Positions 1 through 9,961 of a stretch of DNA of 51,679 bases are shown piece by piece; position 1 is the stretch's first letter, and every line of letters starts with the position of its first letter. The DNA comes from Verrucomicrobiia bacterium (GTDB lineage Bacteria > Verrucomicrobiota > Verrucomicrobiia > Palsa-1439), in assembly GCA_025056465.1 (NCBI GenBank), contig JANWVU010000001.1:1-51679 (forward strand), given 5' to 3'. The notes beneath the pieces are model-generated. The model had not been told where the DNA came from, ran no database searches, and was given only the letters and a program-made list of their open reading frames with translations. The position numbers and the translations under genes are program-made.

Positions 1-74
1 GCTTTTTGTGATGGCCCGACAAGCCAACCGGCTCGCTCATCACCCCGAGACCCACTGGCAAAAACCACCGCCCC

Positions 75-815
75 CTACGCGCTGACCAACGTTTCTCCAA
101 AGCGCACGCTCAGCGCCGTAAACAAAATTTCGACAATCTGGTCGAGATTGAATCGCGAGTTGTCGATGATCAGATCGTGATGGAAGGGATGTTTCGGGTC
201 CTGGACGAAAAACGTCCGCAAAAATTTTTCGCGCTGTTGTTCCTCTTCCCGCACCTTTTTCTCAGCCGCCGCATAATCCAAACCGTGATCCGTCGCGTAC
301 CGGTGCACGCGCCATTCGAAGGGAGCCACCAATCGCACGTGCAATCCTGTTTTCAAATCTTGTGTGATCAAGTGGCTACCGCGACCAACGAGAATGGCGT
401 GTCCGTGGATCGCCAGGGCGCGAATCACCTCGGCCATTTTCCGCAACACCAACGCGTCGTCTACCCGACGGTTTAGGATTGAGTCGAACAGCTCACTCAT
501 CTCATCGCGTCGTTTGCCGCCAATGTGCTCCACAATCCCGCGATGCAGATGGAGTTCCTGCGCCACCTTGTCGAGCAATTCTCGCTCATACGCCACCCAG
601 GTGAAAAACGGCCGACAGCGCTCATTGAGTACATCCGCCAAGCGCAGGGCGACGGCGATGCCCTCACAACCAAACTCGCGCGAAATCGTTACGAAGGGAT
701 ATGTGCCGGTGGCCAGTGGTTGCCCGGCTTGTTTGGCTCGTTCCCACGCATGCACGTGCGCGGCGATGCGTGCCTCCAGATTGGCCTGCGCCCAACTGTG
801 CGATACGCGATTCAT
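75..815 (-). CDS. cytidylate kinase-like family protein (Cytidylate_kin2-type, function unknown)
   Basis: 246-aa ORF. The N-terminal 'FVTISREFGCEGIAVALRLADVL' resembles the degenerate nucleotide-binding start of the cytidylate-kinase-like family. ATG 815-813 overlaps the atpC TGA 814-812 (ATGA). Confidence 0.7.
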   Translation of the reverse strand: MNRVSHSWAQANLEARIAAHVHAWERAKQAGQPLATGTYPFVTISREFGCEGIAVALRLADVLNERCRPFFTWVAYERELLDKVAQELHLHRGIVEHIGGKRRDEMSELFDSILNRRVDDALVLRKMAEVIRALAIHGHAILVGRGSHLITQDLKTGLHVRLVAPFEWRVHRYATDHGLDYAAAEKKVREEEQQREKFLRTFFVQDPKHPFHHDLIIDNSRFNLDQIVEILFTALSVRFGETLVSA

Positions 816-1240
816 CGCGCCCCGGCAGAAGCATACTCCGCGACCTTCAGCCGGGCAAGCGCCCGCGCCAATGCCGCTTGGGCGCGCGGCACATCCACGC
901 CCTCGCTGCGCTCCGTGAGCCGTTTTTCGGCCCGCTCACGCGCTCGTTGGGCTCGCGCTACATCAATTTCTTCCGGTAGCTCCGCGCTGCGTGTCAGCAC
1001 CGAGGTCCGATCCGGTTGCACGACCAAAAACCCGCCGCCCACCGCCATGTACTGGTTGCGCTCATCCGGTAGCCGCACGTGGAGCACGCCGGGTTTGAGC
1101 GCAAACACGTACGGCGCGTGACCCACCAACACTTCAAACAACCCTTCCTGGCCGGGCGCGATGACAAACCGCACGTCACCCTGCCAAAACATCCGTTGGA
1201 GCGTCAGCACCTCCAGCCGGTATGTTCGCTCACCGGCCAT
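812..1240 (-). CDS. atpC: F1 ATP synthase epsilon subunit
   Basis: 142 aa. Typical epsilon N-terminal beta-sandwich ('LEVLTLQRMFWQGDVRFVIAPGQEGLFEVLVGHAPY') plus a C-terminal helical hairpin. Lies directly downstream of atpD. Confidence 0.9.
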   Translation of the reverse strand: MAGERTYRLEVLTLQRMFWQGDVRFVIAPGQEGLFEVLVGHAPYVFALKPGVLHVRLPDERNQYMAVGGGFLVVQPDRTSVLTRSAELPEEIDVARAQRARERAEKRLTERSEGVDVPRAQAALARALARLKVAEYASAGAR

Positions 1241-1242
1241 GA

Positions 1243-2655
<1,413 letters not shown>

Positions 2656-3534
2656 CTAAGCCATCTCCTGTTCCGCTTTCGCGAGGGCGTCAGCGCCAGA
2701 TACCACTTCCAACAACTGCTTCGTGATCGCGTCCTGTCGCATGCGGTTGTATTCCCGCGTCAGGTTCTCAATCATCTCGCTGGCGCTGTCGGTGGCAGCT
2801 TTCATAGCCACCATCCGCGCCGCTTGCTCGCTGGCCAACGATTCCACCAATGCCCGATACAAAACCACCTCGACGTATTGCGGCAGCAACGTCTCCAACA
2901 ACGCATCTCCTGCCGGCTCAAACTGGTAGGCCGCCCTCTGCCGCGGCGCACCGGCCGCCTCCGTCGGTGGCTCCAACGGCAACAAGGGGATCACCACTGG
3001 CACCGACTTGAGCACACTGATAAACTGCGCATACGCCAGCCAGACTTGGTCATACCGCCCCGACAGAAAATCGCCGATGATCCGCTTGCGAATTGCCCCC
3101 ACTTCCTCCAACCGCACATCGCGCGAAGGTTGAGGGAAGTGCTCGTCCACCGTAACACCTCGCGCCCGCAAAAAATCGCGCCCCTTTTTCCCCACGGTGA
3201 TGATGCCGGTCGGCACACGTTGTTGGGCAACAAAATGACCGGCTTCGCGCAGAATGTTGGCGTTGAATGCGCCGGCCAATCCCCGATCGGAGGTGATAAT
3301 CACCAACCCCACCCGCCGCACCTCGCGACGCTCCAGCAAGGGGTGTCGTGCCCCACCGGCCGCCGCCACGTCCGTCAGAATCTCTGTCAGCCGCTGCGCG
3401 TAGGGTCGTGCCGCCTCTGCCTTGGCCTGCGCGCGCCGCAGCCGCGCCGCTGCAATCATGTTCATTGCGCGGGTGACCTGCTTGATGTTGCGCACGCCGC
3501 GGATGCGACGTCGAATGTCTCGGGCCGAAGGCAT
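2656..3534 (-). CDS. atpG: F1 ATP synthase gamma subunit
   Basis: 292 aa. N-terminal 'IRRRIRGVRNIKQVTRAMNMIAAARLRRAQ' and C-terminal 'ITKQLLEVVSGA' are typical gamma helices. Abuts the atpD start. Confidence 0.95.
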   Translation of the reverse strand: MPSARDIRRRIRGVRNIKQVTRAMNMIAAARLRRAQAKAEAARPYAQRLTEILTDVAAAGGARHPLLERREVRRVGLVIITSDRGLAGAFNANILREAGHFVAQQRVPTGIITVGKKGRDFLRARGVTVDEHFPQPSRDVRLEEVGAIRKRIIGDFLSGRYDQVWLAYAQFISVLKSVPVVIPLLPLEPPTEAAGAPRQRAAYQFEPAGDALLETLLPQYVEVVLYRALVESLASEQAARMVAMKAATDSASEMIENLTREYNRMRQDAITKQLLEVVSGADALAKAEQEMA

Positions 3535-3549
3535 CGCGAACCGTACCGG

Positions 3550-5100
3550 CTATTTCGCCGCAAATATCCGTTTGAATTCCTCCGTCGCCTGACGCAGCCC
3601 CGAGACGATGTCGTCGGTCAGATCTTTTTTCTCGCGGATGGCCTTTCCAATATGCGGGTATTTGGTGCGCATGAACTCGTAAAACTCCGCTTCAAACTTT
3701 GAGATGGCGGAGACCGGTAGGTCATCGAGATAGCCGTTGGTGCCTACCCAGATGATCATGGTTTGTTCCTCGACCGGTAGGGGCGCATACTGCGGTTGTT
3801 TCAACAACTCAATCATTCGTTGGCCACGATCGAGTTGAGCACGCGTGGCCTTGTCCAGATCGCTCGACAACTGAGCAAACGCCGCCAGCTCCCGGTACTG
3901 CGCAAGATCCAACCGCAGCCGACCGGCAATCTTCTTCATCGCCTTGGTTTGCGCGTTGCCACCCACGCGGCTGACCGACAACCCCACCGACACCGCAGGC
4001 CGAATACCGGCATAGAACAGGTCGGCCTCCAGATAAATCTGACCGTCCGTGATCGAAATGACGTTGGTGGGAATATAGGCCGAGTAATCGCCCTCTTGGG
4101 TCTCGATGATGGGCAAGGCCGTCAGCGACCCGCCACCTTTCGGATAAATCGGGTTCAACTGCGGCGCGCGGTCGTGAAGTTTCGCCGCGCGCTCCAGCAA
4201 GCGGCTGTGCAGGTTGAAAATATCGCCCGGAAACGCCTCCCGCCCCGGTGGCCGACGCAGCAATAGCGACACCTGCCGGTAGGCCTGCGCATGTTTGGAA
4301 AGGTCATCGTAGATGACCAGCGCGTGGCGCCCGTTATCGCGGAAGTACTCGCCCATCGCGCACCCGGCAAACGGCGCGATGTACTGCATCGGTGCCGGGT
4401 CGGAAGCCGTCGCGCTGACAACGATGGTGTAATCCATCGCGCCGTACTTCTGCAACGTCTCCACCACACTGACGACCGTGGACTTTTTCTGGCCGACCGC
4501 CACATAGATGCACAGCACGTCCCCGCCTTTCTGGTTGATGATCGTGTCCACGCAAATGGCAGTCTTACCGGTTTGCCGGTCGCCGATGATCAGCTCGCGT
4601 TGACCCCGCCCGATCGGGATCATCGAGTCAATCGCCTTCAACCCCGTCTGCAGCGGCTCCTTTACCGGTTGCCGTTCGATGACACTGGGCGCCTGCCCCT
4701 CCACCGACCGCAACTCTTTCGCCGCGATGGGTCCCTTGCCGTCAATCGGTTGCCCGATGGCGTTGACAACGCGGCCCAGCAACGCCTCGCCCACCGGCAC
4801 CGACAGCAGCCGTTTCGTGCGTTTGACGAGGTCGCCCTCGCGCACCTCCGCAACGTCCCCGAAAATGATCGCGCCGACCTCGTCCTGCTCCAGGTTCAAC
4901 GCCATCCCGTAGATGCCGTTAGGGAACTCCAACATCTCTTCGGCCATGCAATTGGGCAAACCCCGTACGCGTGCGATGCCATCGCCGGTCTCAATGACCT
5001 CGCCCACCTCCTCCGCTCCCACTTCGATTTTGTAGTCGCGCACGGTGCGTTGCAGCACCTCGGCGATTTGTTTGGGATCTAGCGTCAACGTTTCCGGCAT
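3550..5100 (-). CDS. atpA: F1 ATP synthase alpha subunit
   Basis: 516 aa. Walker A 'GDRQTGKT', '[12 protein letters not shown]' and '[11 protein letters not shown]'. Confidence 0.98.
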   Translation of the reverse strand: MPETLTLDPKQIAEVLQRTVRDYKIEVGAEEVGEVIETGDGIARVRGLPNCMAEEMLEFPNGIYGMALNLEQDEVGAIIFGDVAEVREGDLVKRTKRLLSVPVGEALLGRVVNAIGQPIDGKGPIAAKELRSVEGQAPSVIERQPVKEPLQTGLKAIDSMIPIGRGQRELIIGDRQTGKTAICVDTIINQKGGDVLCIYVAVGQKKSTVVSVVETLQKYGAMDYTIVVSATASDPAPMQYIAPFAGCAMGEYFRDNGRHALVIYDDLSKHAQAYRQVSLLLRRPPGREAFPGDIFNLHSRLLERAAKLHDRAPQLNPIYPKGGGSLTALPIIETQEGDYSAYIPTNVISITDGQIYLEADLFYAGIRPAVSVGLSVSRVGGNAQTKAMKKIAGRLRLDLAQYRELAAFAQLSSDLDKATRAQLDRGQRMIELLKQPQYAPLPVEEQTMIIWVGTNGYLDDLPVSAISKFEAEFYEFMRTKYPHIGKAIREKKDLTDDIVSGLRQATEEFKRIFAAK

Positions 5101-5112
5101 GGCAATCTCCTC

Positions 5113-5655
5113 CTAATGCGACGGCGCCAACTGCTGTTGCAACTGCTGAAGTTTATACCGCAAACTGCCATCAATCACTTGCTCGCCCACCTTGATGATC
5201 GCACCACCCAACACGGACGGGTCCACCCGTTGATACAAATGCACGTTTTTGCCAAGCGCCCGCGTCAACGCCGAGGCCATCTGCTCCAACACGGTTTCCT
5301 CCAGCGGCCGCGCGGTGATCACCTCACCGGCCACCGTTTGACGCACCTCCGCCGCCAAGCGGATGAACTCCTCGATAATCGCCGGTAGGCGACCCACCCG
5401 GTCGGAATCCTGCAAGGTCAGTAACCAACCCAAAACCAACGAGTGGACCCGACCCTCAAACAACTCCGCTAATGCCTGACGTTTTCCTTCCCGTTTCAGG
5501 TTGGGATTTTTGAGGAACTCAAGCAACTGCGGGTTGGCGCGCAGCAAATCCCGCAGCCGAAACAGGTCCTGCTCAACCACGCCCACGGCATTTTCCGCCT
5601 CGGCCATGTCGAGCAACGCACGCGCGTAACCGGTCAGCACGGGGTCTCGTGGCAT
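5113..5655 (-). CDS. atpH: F1 ATP synthase delta (OSCP) subunit
   Basis: 180 aa, sits between atpF and atpA. The C-terminal 'LGGAIIKVGEQVIDGSLRYKL' is OSCP-like. Confidence 0.9.
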   Translation of the reverse strand: MPRDPVLTGYARALLDMAEAENAVGVVEQDLFRLRDLLRANPQLLEFLKNPNLKREGKRQALAELFEGRVHSLVLGWLLTLQDSDRVGRLPAIIEEFIRLAAEVRQTVAGEVITARPLEETVLEQMASALTRALGKNVHLYQRVDPSVLGGAIIKVGEQVIDGSLRYKLQQLQQQLAPSH

Positions 5656-5661
5656 GGGTCG

Positions 5662-6231
5662 CTAACTCCGACGGATCCGCGTCAGGTCGCTGATCAAACT
5701 GTTGATCAACGCGCGATGCGTGGCCTCGTTGATCTCTTTCTCCAAAATCTTACCGGCAATCTGCACCGACAACCGTGCCACGGTGTCCTGCAGCTCCTGA
5801 AGACTTTTTTCTTTCTCGCGTTGGATGTCCTCCTGCGCCTGCTGCCGGGCTGCCGCTGCTTCCGCCTGCGCCGCGGCAACAATCTCTTTGCGCAGGTTCT
5901 CACCCAAAGCCCGCGCTTCATCCATGATTTTCTTCGCTTCGTTTCGCGCCTCGGCGAGTTGTTGCTGGTACTGCTCTAACGTTTTCTTCGCTTCCGCTCG
6001 CGCGCGCTCTGCTTCCTCTAACGACGCTTTGATGGTTTGCCCGCGCCGGTCGAGCGCGTCGGCAATTGGTTTGAACGCCAGTTTGGCCAAAAGGAAAAAC
6101 ATCACCAAAAAGGTCGCCAACGTCCAAAACATCAACCCAGTGTTTTTCGGCACGACGTTGACGCCGCCTTCCGCCGCCCACGCGCCGGTGGCCAGCACGA
6201 CCGCGAGGAAGGTCAGGGCAAGTTTTCTCAC
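5662..6231 (-). CDS. atpF: Fo ATP synthase b subunit
   Basis: 189 aa. One N-terminal TM segment, then a long charged Ala/Glu/Lys-rich helix. GTG start at 6231. Confidence 0.88.
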   Translation of the reverse strand: MRKLALTFLAVVLATGAWAAEGGVNVVPKNTGLMFWTLATFLVMFFLLAKLAFKPIADALDRRGQTIKASLEEAERARAEAKKTLEQYQQQLAEARNEAKKIMDEARALGENLRKEIVAAAQAEAAAARQQAQEDIQREKEKSLQELQDTVARLSVQIAGKILEKEINEATHRALINSLISDLTRIRRS

Positions 6232-6248
6232 GACACCATCCCTCCCGT

Positions 6249-6515
6249 CTATTTGAACACCAACAGGAATGTCACCAGCAGCGCGTACAACACTTGCGCT
6301 TCAACCAGCGCAAACCCGATGAACATCAGTCGTTGCACCAACGGCAACGCTTCGGGTTGTCGCGCCGCCGATTCGATGGCTTTGCTGAAAATGCTCCCGA
6401 TGCCGATCGCGCCGCCCATCGCACCGATACCAATCGCCAACCCGCCACCCACATACGCCAGCGCCGCGTTCGTCAACGCCGCTTGGCCCACTTCCACTGC
6501 GACTTCTGCTGCCAT
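6249..6515 (-). CDS. atpE: Fo ATP synthase c subunit
   Basis: 88 aa helical hairpin with Gly-rich helix 1 ('GIGAMGGAIGIGS'), an 'ARQPE' loop and a carboxylate in 'FALVEAQ'. Confidence 0.92.
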   Translation of the reverse strand: MAAEVAVEVGQAALTNAALAYVGGGLAIGIGAMGGAIGIGSIFSKAIESAARQPEALPLVQRLMFIGFALVEAQVLYALLVTFLLVFK

Positions 6516-6537
6516 GTTTGACTCTCCTTTTGTTGTT

Positions 6538-7260
6538 CTAGTGATGTTCCTCTAGCGACTCGCTCAAATACAAAGCCGACAACAACGTGAAGATGAATGC
6601 TTGGATAAACGCCACAAATAGCTCAAAGGCCACCAAAATCACGCTCAGCCCAAACGGCAACACCGCCGCCGCCTTCGCCAGCACATGCGGCTGGTTGAGC
6701 AACCACACGCCACCCACCATCGGCGCGGTTGCAAACGTCAACAACACCATGTGTCCGGCGGTCATGTTCGCAAAAAGACGGACGCACAGTGAAAAGGGTT
6801 CCGCAAGTAAAACCAAAAACATGATCGGGATGCCGGGAAGCTTCACCCATAACGGAGCTGGTAGGAGAAACTTGCGCTTGAAATAGCCTACCGGGCCCAG
6901 CTTCACCAACCCCACCACCTGCGCAATCACAAACACCATCACCGCCAGCGTCGCCGTTACCTCAATCGCTCCGGTGGGAGAATGAAAGCCGGGAATCGGA
7001 ATCTTGCCGATGAGATTGGCGAACAGGATGAAAAAGAATAGCGACGCAAAAAAACCAAACCACTTCCGTCCGTGCTCGCCCAAAAATTCCCGCACGATGT
7101 TCTCGTCCACAAACGACACCATTGCCTCTACCAGATTCGCAAAGCGTCCCGTCGAGACCACCGCCGCGGCGATGGCGCGCGCGCCCAGAAACAAAACCAA
7201 AAACGCCGCCCCCGCCGCCAACCACAACATGATGACGTCGCCACTAATCGCCAAATTCAT
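6538..7260 (-). CDS. atpB: Fo ATP synthase a subunit
   Basis: Polytopic membrane protein with the conserved 'SLCVRLFANMTAGH' arginine motif. I chose the internal ATG at 7260 because it forms an ATGA overlap with the stop of the upstream atpI-like ORF (7259-7257). Confidence 0.9.
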   Translation of the reverse strand: MNLAISGDVIMLWLAAGAAFLVLFLGARAIAAAVVSTGRFANLVEAMVSFVDENIVREFLGEHGRKWFGFFASLFFFILFANLIGKIPIPGFHSPTGAIEVTATLAVMVFVIAQVVGLVKLGPVGYFKRKFLLPAPLWVKLPGIPIMFLVLLAEPFSLCVRLFANMTAGHMVLLTFATAPMVGGVWLLNQPHVLAKAAAVLPFGLSVILVAFELFVAFIQAFIFTLLSALYLSESLEEHH

Positions 7261-7595
7261 TGTTGCCTCTTGTCCTGCTCCGTTCGTTTCAACATCCACC
7301 GCACGCGCATCACCATCGGCACCGTGTAACAAACGATCACGGCTCCCGCCAACCACCCGCGATGCAACCGGTCGGCCGGCACCATGACCACCAACGCCAG
7401 CACCACCACCAACAACCCGATGCGCACCACCGAATCAACTGCTTGCCGGGTCCAATTCGTCGGCTCGCCGCGTTGCTGCGCCAGTTGCTGACGTCGCAGC
7501 GAGCGCAACTGCCACGCTGCATACGCGCCCCCCAGCACCCCGCCCGTCGCCAGACCCAACCATGCCGCGGAATCCATCGGTTTTGCCCACCGCAT
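7257..7595 (-). CDS. atpI: ATP synthase protein I-like small membrane protein
   Basis: About 112-aa hydrophobic protein immediately upstream of atpB. ATG 7595-7593 overlaps the atpZ stop (TGATG). Called from position and hydrophobicity only. Confidence 0.55.
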   Translation of the reverse strand: MRWAKPMDSAAWLGLATGGVLGGAYAAWQLRSLRRQQLAQQRGEPTNWTRQAVDSVVRIGLLVVVLALVVMVPADRLHRGWLAGAVIVCYTVPMVMRVRWMLKRTEQDKRQQ

Positions 7596-7804
7596 CACTG
7601 CCGATCCCGCGCCAGCTCGCGCCACACCGCCGCCATTCCGCCCAGCGCACCCAATACAAAAAAGATCACCAAAAACAACGGTTCCTTCCCCGTTCGTTGA
7701 TCCAACCAGTAGCCGATGGCGGTGATGACCGCCGTGACCACGACCATTTGCATTCCCAGCGCCATGTATGAGCCAGCGCCTCGTAACTGCGGTAGTTTTT
7801 TCAT
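7595..7804 (-). CDS. atpZ: AtpZ/ATPase_gene1-type small membrane protein
   Basis: 69 aa with two TM segments. 'MALGMQMVVVTAVITAIGYWLDQRTG' resembles the AtpZ family. First gene of the atp operon. Confidence 0.65.
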   Translation of the reverse strand: MKKLPQLRGAGSYMALGMQMVVVTAVITAIGYWLDQRTGKEPLFLVIFFVLGALGGMAAVWRELARDRQ

Positions 7805-8107
7805 GAGGCCATCTTCTCAGACACGACCGCTGAAAAGCGCGTGAAAAAAATCACAATCTCCACCCCCGCGCAAGCACTTTCTCGCCACCATACTCTCAGG
7901 GTGCCTTACGTACGCTGTGGTCGGGAGAGGTGAGGAAAAGACCCGTTTCGCAGTGGTTCAACCACGCCGCATGGGTGCCAGTTGCCTACCGGCTTTCGTG
8001 CTCAGCGGTGCGTCCCCGAGCCGGTAGACTAACCCTTTTGTTGTGTCTTCGCTTTGCCTGGCGGGTCGAGTCGCCCCACACGATCGGGGACAATCTCAGG
8101 GGAACGC

Positions 8108-8917
8108 TCAATTGCGAAGCGAAGGAATTCGCCGCACCATCCCGGCAACCATCCACACTGCCAACGCGACCAGCAAACCACTGCCAGGTTCGGGAATGCA
8201 CCGCGCACCGGCAAAATCAACCTCGAGCCCTTCGGCGCCAAAGTTACCGATTTCAGCAATCGCCAAGTAGCCGGGCGGCAACCCCGCCCCACCAAAAACG
8301 AACAGGTACGCCTGATCAATGTCATCCCCGCTGTCATCGGCCGCGAAATCCGGTCGCGCCAAAATCGCGTTACGTGTGGGGATGTTGAACCCGGTAAACA
8401 ACGGCACCGCACCCGATCCAAAATCACCGTCGGCATCCCACCACAACGCGAACGGGTCCCACCCGGCATCTTCCGCGATCAAGATGTGCGTCAGCGCGCA
8501 GTCATGTTGCATCAGGAACAGGACGGTGTTCGCGCCGAAATCGGCGTTGAGCGGTTCATCAATTGGTCCCTCGTCAATAAAATCAACATCATCCCAGCGC
8601 CCGATCTCTGCGTCGACCCGGTCGGCCAACGGTTCGCTAAAGGTTTCCCCATCGTTCAGCAAGCCGGTGTGCTGCCGATACCGAAAAGAAAATTCGATGC
8701 CCACGGAAACCGCGCCCGGTAGGGCATTGGTGCCCACGGCCAGTCCGCTGCTATTCAACGTCAATTTCACGCCCTTGGTCCCCGTGAATGTAAACGGTGC
8801 CGAAGCCGGCATGCTCGGCGAGGACCACTCAGAAAAAAGATACGCTTCCGTCACGTAAGCGGAGGCCGATGTTGCGACGCCCAACCCCACCACCAACCCT
8901 GCGAGCCAGTGTTTCAT
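8108..8917 (-). CDS. PEP-CTERM sorting-domain secreted protein, function unknown
   Basis: Signal peptide 'MKHWLAGLVVGLGVATSASA'. C-terminal 'IPEPGSGLLVALAVWMVAGMVRR' gives PEP motif + TM + basic tail. Start moved to the ATG at 8917. Confidence 0.75.
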   Translation of the reverse strand: MKHWLAGLVVGLGVATSASAYVTEAYLFSEWSSPSMPASAPFTFTGTKGVKLTLNSSGLAVGTNALPGAVSVGIEFSFRYRQHTGLLNDGETFSEPLADRVDAEIGRWDDVDFIDEGPIDEPLNADFGANTVLFLMQHDCALTHILIAEDAGWDPFALWWDADGDFGSGAVPLFTGFNIPTRNAILARPDFAADDSGDDIDQAYLFVFGGAGLPPGYLAIAEIGNFGAEGLEVDFAGARCIPEPGSGLLVALAVWMVAGMVRRIPSLRN

Positions 8918-9166
8918 GATTCCCCCCTGCGGTTGTTTCTGCAGCCGATAGCATGCAACCAATCCCCAACGATGAAGTCAAGCGATGTTTTTTATCTTGG
9001 GGCGGAACCGGCGGGATGCGCGTATGCCCCCGAACAATCCCGAAATCAACTCCTCCCCGAGCGCGTTACATGGGTGTACCGCAGGTGCGCCTGCGCGGTT
9101 TCCGTCTCATTTTTAGAATTGACGACGAGATTGGTTTTGAGCAAAAACGCTCACGGTCAATCACAG

Positions 9167-9946
9167 ATGCACAAGATCAATCACGCGTCCTTTGCCCCCG
9201 AACGGCTCGACCGGTTGCGGGCCGCACTGCGCGAACAGCACATCGTGCGCGTCGAGGAATTGTGTCGCCGGTTGGGTGTCTCACCGGCCACGGTGCGGCG
9301 CGATCTGGCGCATTTGGAGCAGTTGGGCGAGGTGCAGCGCGTGCACGGTGGGGCGGTGGGCATCGCCAGTCAAATCGAAGAGCCGCTTTTCGACGCCAAA
9401 ACTACCATCGCCCGCAAAGAGAAACAGCGCATCGCGCGGGCGGCACTGGCATTTGTCCAACCCGGTACGACGATTTACCTCGATGGGGGCAGCACGGTGT
9501 TGGAGTTGGCGCGGTTGGTGCGCGAGCACACAAACCTAACCGTGGTCACCAATTCATTGCGGGCGGCGTTGGAGTTGGCCGGGCGGGGTCCCCGCTTGAT
9601 TTTGCTGGGCGGCGAGCTGCGACGGCTCAGCCAGACGTTGGTGGGGCCATTGACGGAGCCCGTGTTGCGCGAGGTGCATCTCGACGTAGCGTTCATGGGA
9701 TCCATGGGCATCAGCGAGGAAGCGGGCTTGACTACTTCCGATCCCAATGAGGCGTTCACCAAAAAACGCGTGTTGGCGCAGGCCCGGCAGGTGGTGGTGC
9801 TGGTGGACAGCTCCAAAGAGGGCAAGGTCGCCTTCGCCGAAGCCGGTCGGTGGGACGATGTGGATGTGGTCATTACCGATCATCAGATTTCCCGCGCGTT
9901 TGCGCGGGCGCTGGCGGAACGCGAAATCAAGGTTATCAAAGCATAA
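9167..9946 (+). CDS. DeoR/GlpR family transcriptional regulator
   Basis: N-terminal wHTH 'RLDRLRAALREQHIVRVEELCRRLGVSPATVRRDLAHLEQLG', then a DeoR C-terminal sensor domain. The ORF-track extension upstream of the ATG at 9167 shows no resemblance to this family. Confidence 0.85.
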   Translation: MHKINHASFAPERLDRLRAALREQHIVRVEELCRRLGVSPATVRRDLAHLEQLGEVQRVHGGAVGIASQIEEPLFDAKTTIARKEKQRIARAALAFVQPGTTIYLDGGSTVLELARLVREHTNLTVVTNSLRAALELAGRGPRLILLGGELRRLSQTLVGPLTEPVLREVHLDVAFMGSMGISEEAGLTTSDPNEAFTKKRVLAQARQVVVLVDSSKEGKVAFAEAGRWDDVDVVITDHQISRAFARALAEREIKVIKA

Positions 9947-9961
9947 GCAAAGGAATAAAAC

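Noticed and set aside
6249-6515. Possible Na+-translocating c subunit / N-type ATPase
   Set aside because: Gene order is the canonical F-type. Helix 1 lacks the Gln, and the residue after the carboxylate is Ala rather than Ser/Thr ('VEAQ'), so there is no Na+ signature.
7261-7356. N-terminal 32-codon extension of the atpB ORF
   Set aside because: The extension overlaps the atpI-like gene and is hydrophilic junk. The internal ATG at 7260 gives a normal subunit-a N-terminus and an ATGA coupling.
7805-8107. atp operon promoter
   Set aside because: I found no convincing -35/-10 pair with proper spacing upstream of atpZ, so I left it unannotated rather than guess.
8909-9166. 86-codon N-terminal extension of the DeoR ORF; likewise the extensions of csp (20674-20790), rplM (43907-44074) and the Lon-N ORF (30415-30651)
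   Set aside because: In each case the family-typical N-terminus begins at an internal ATG, and the upstream part overlaps a neighbouring gene or promoter.
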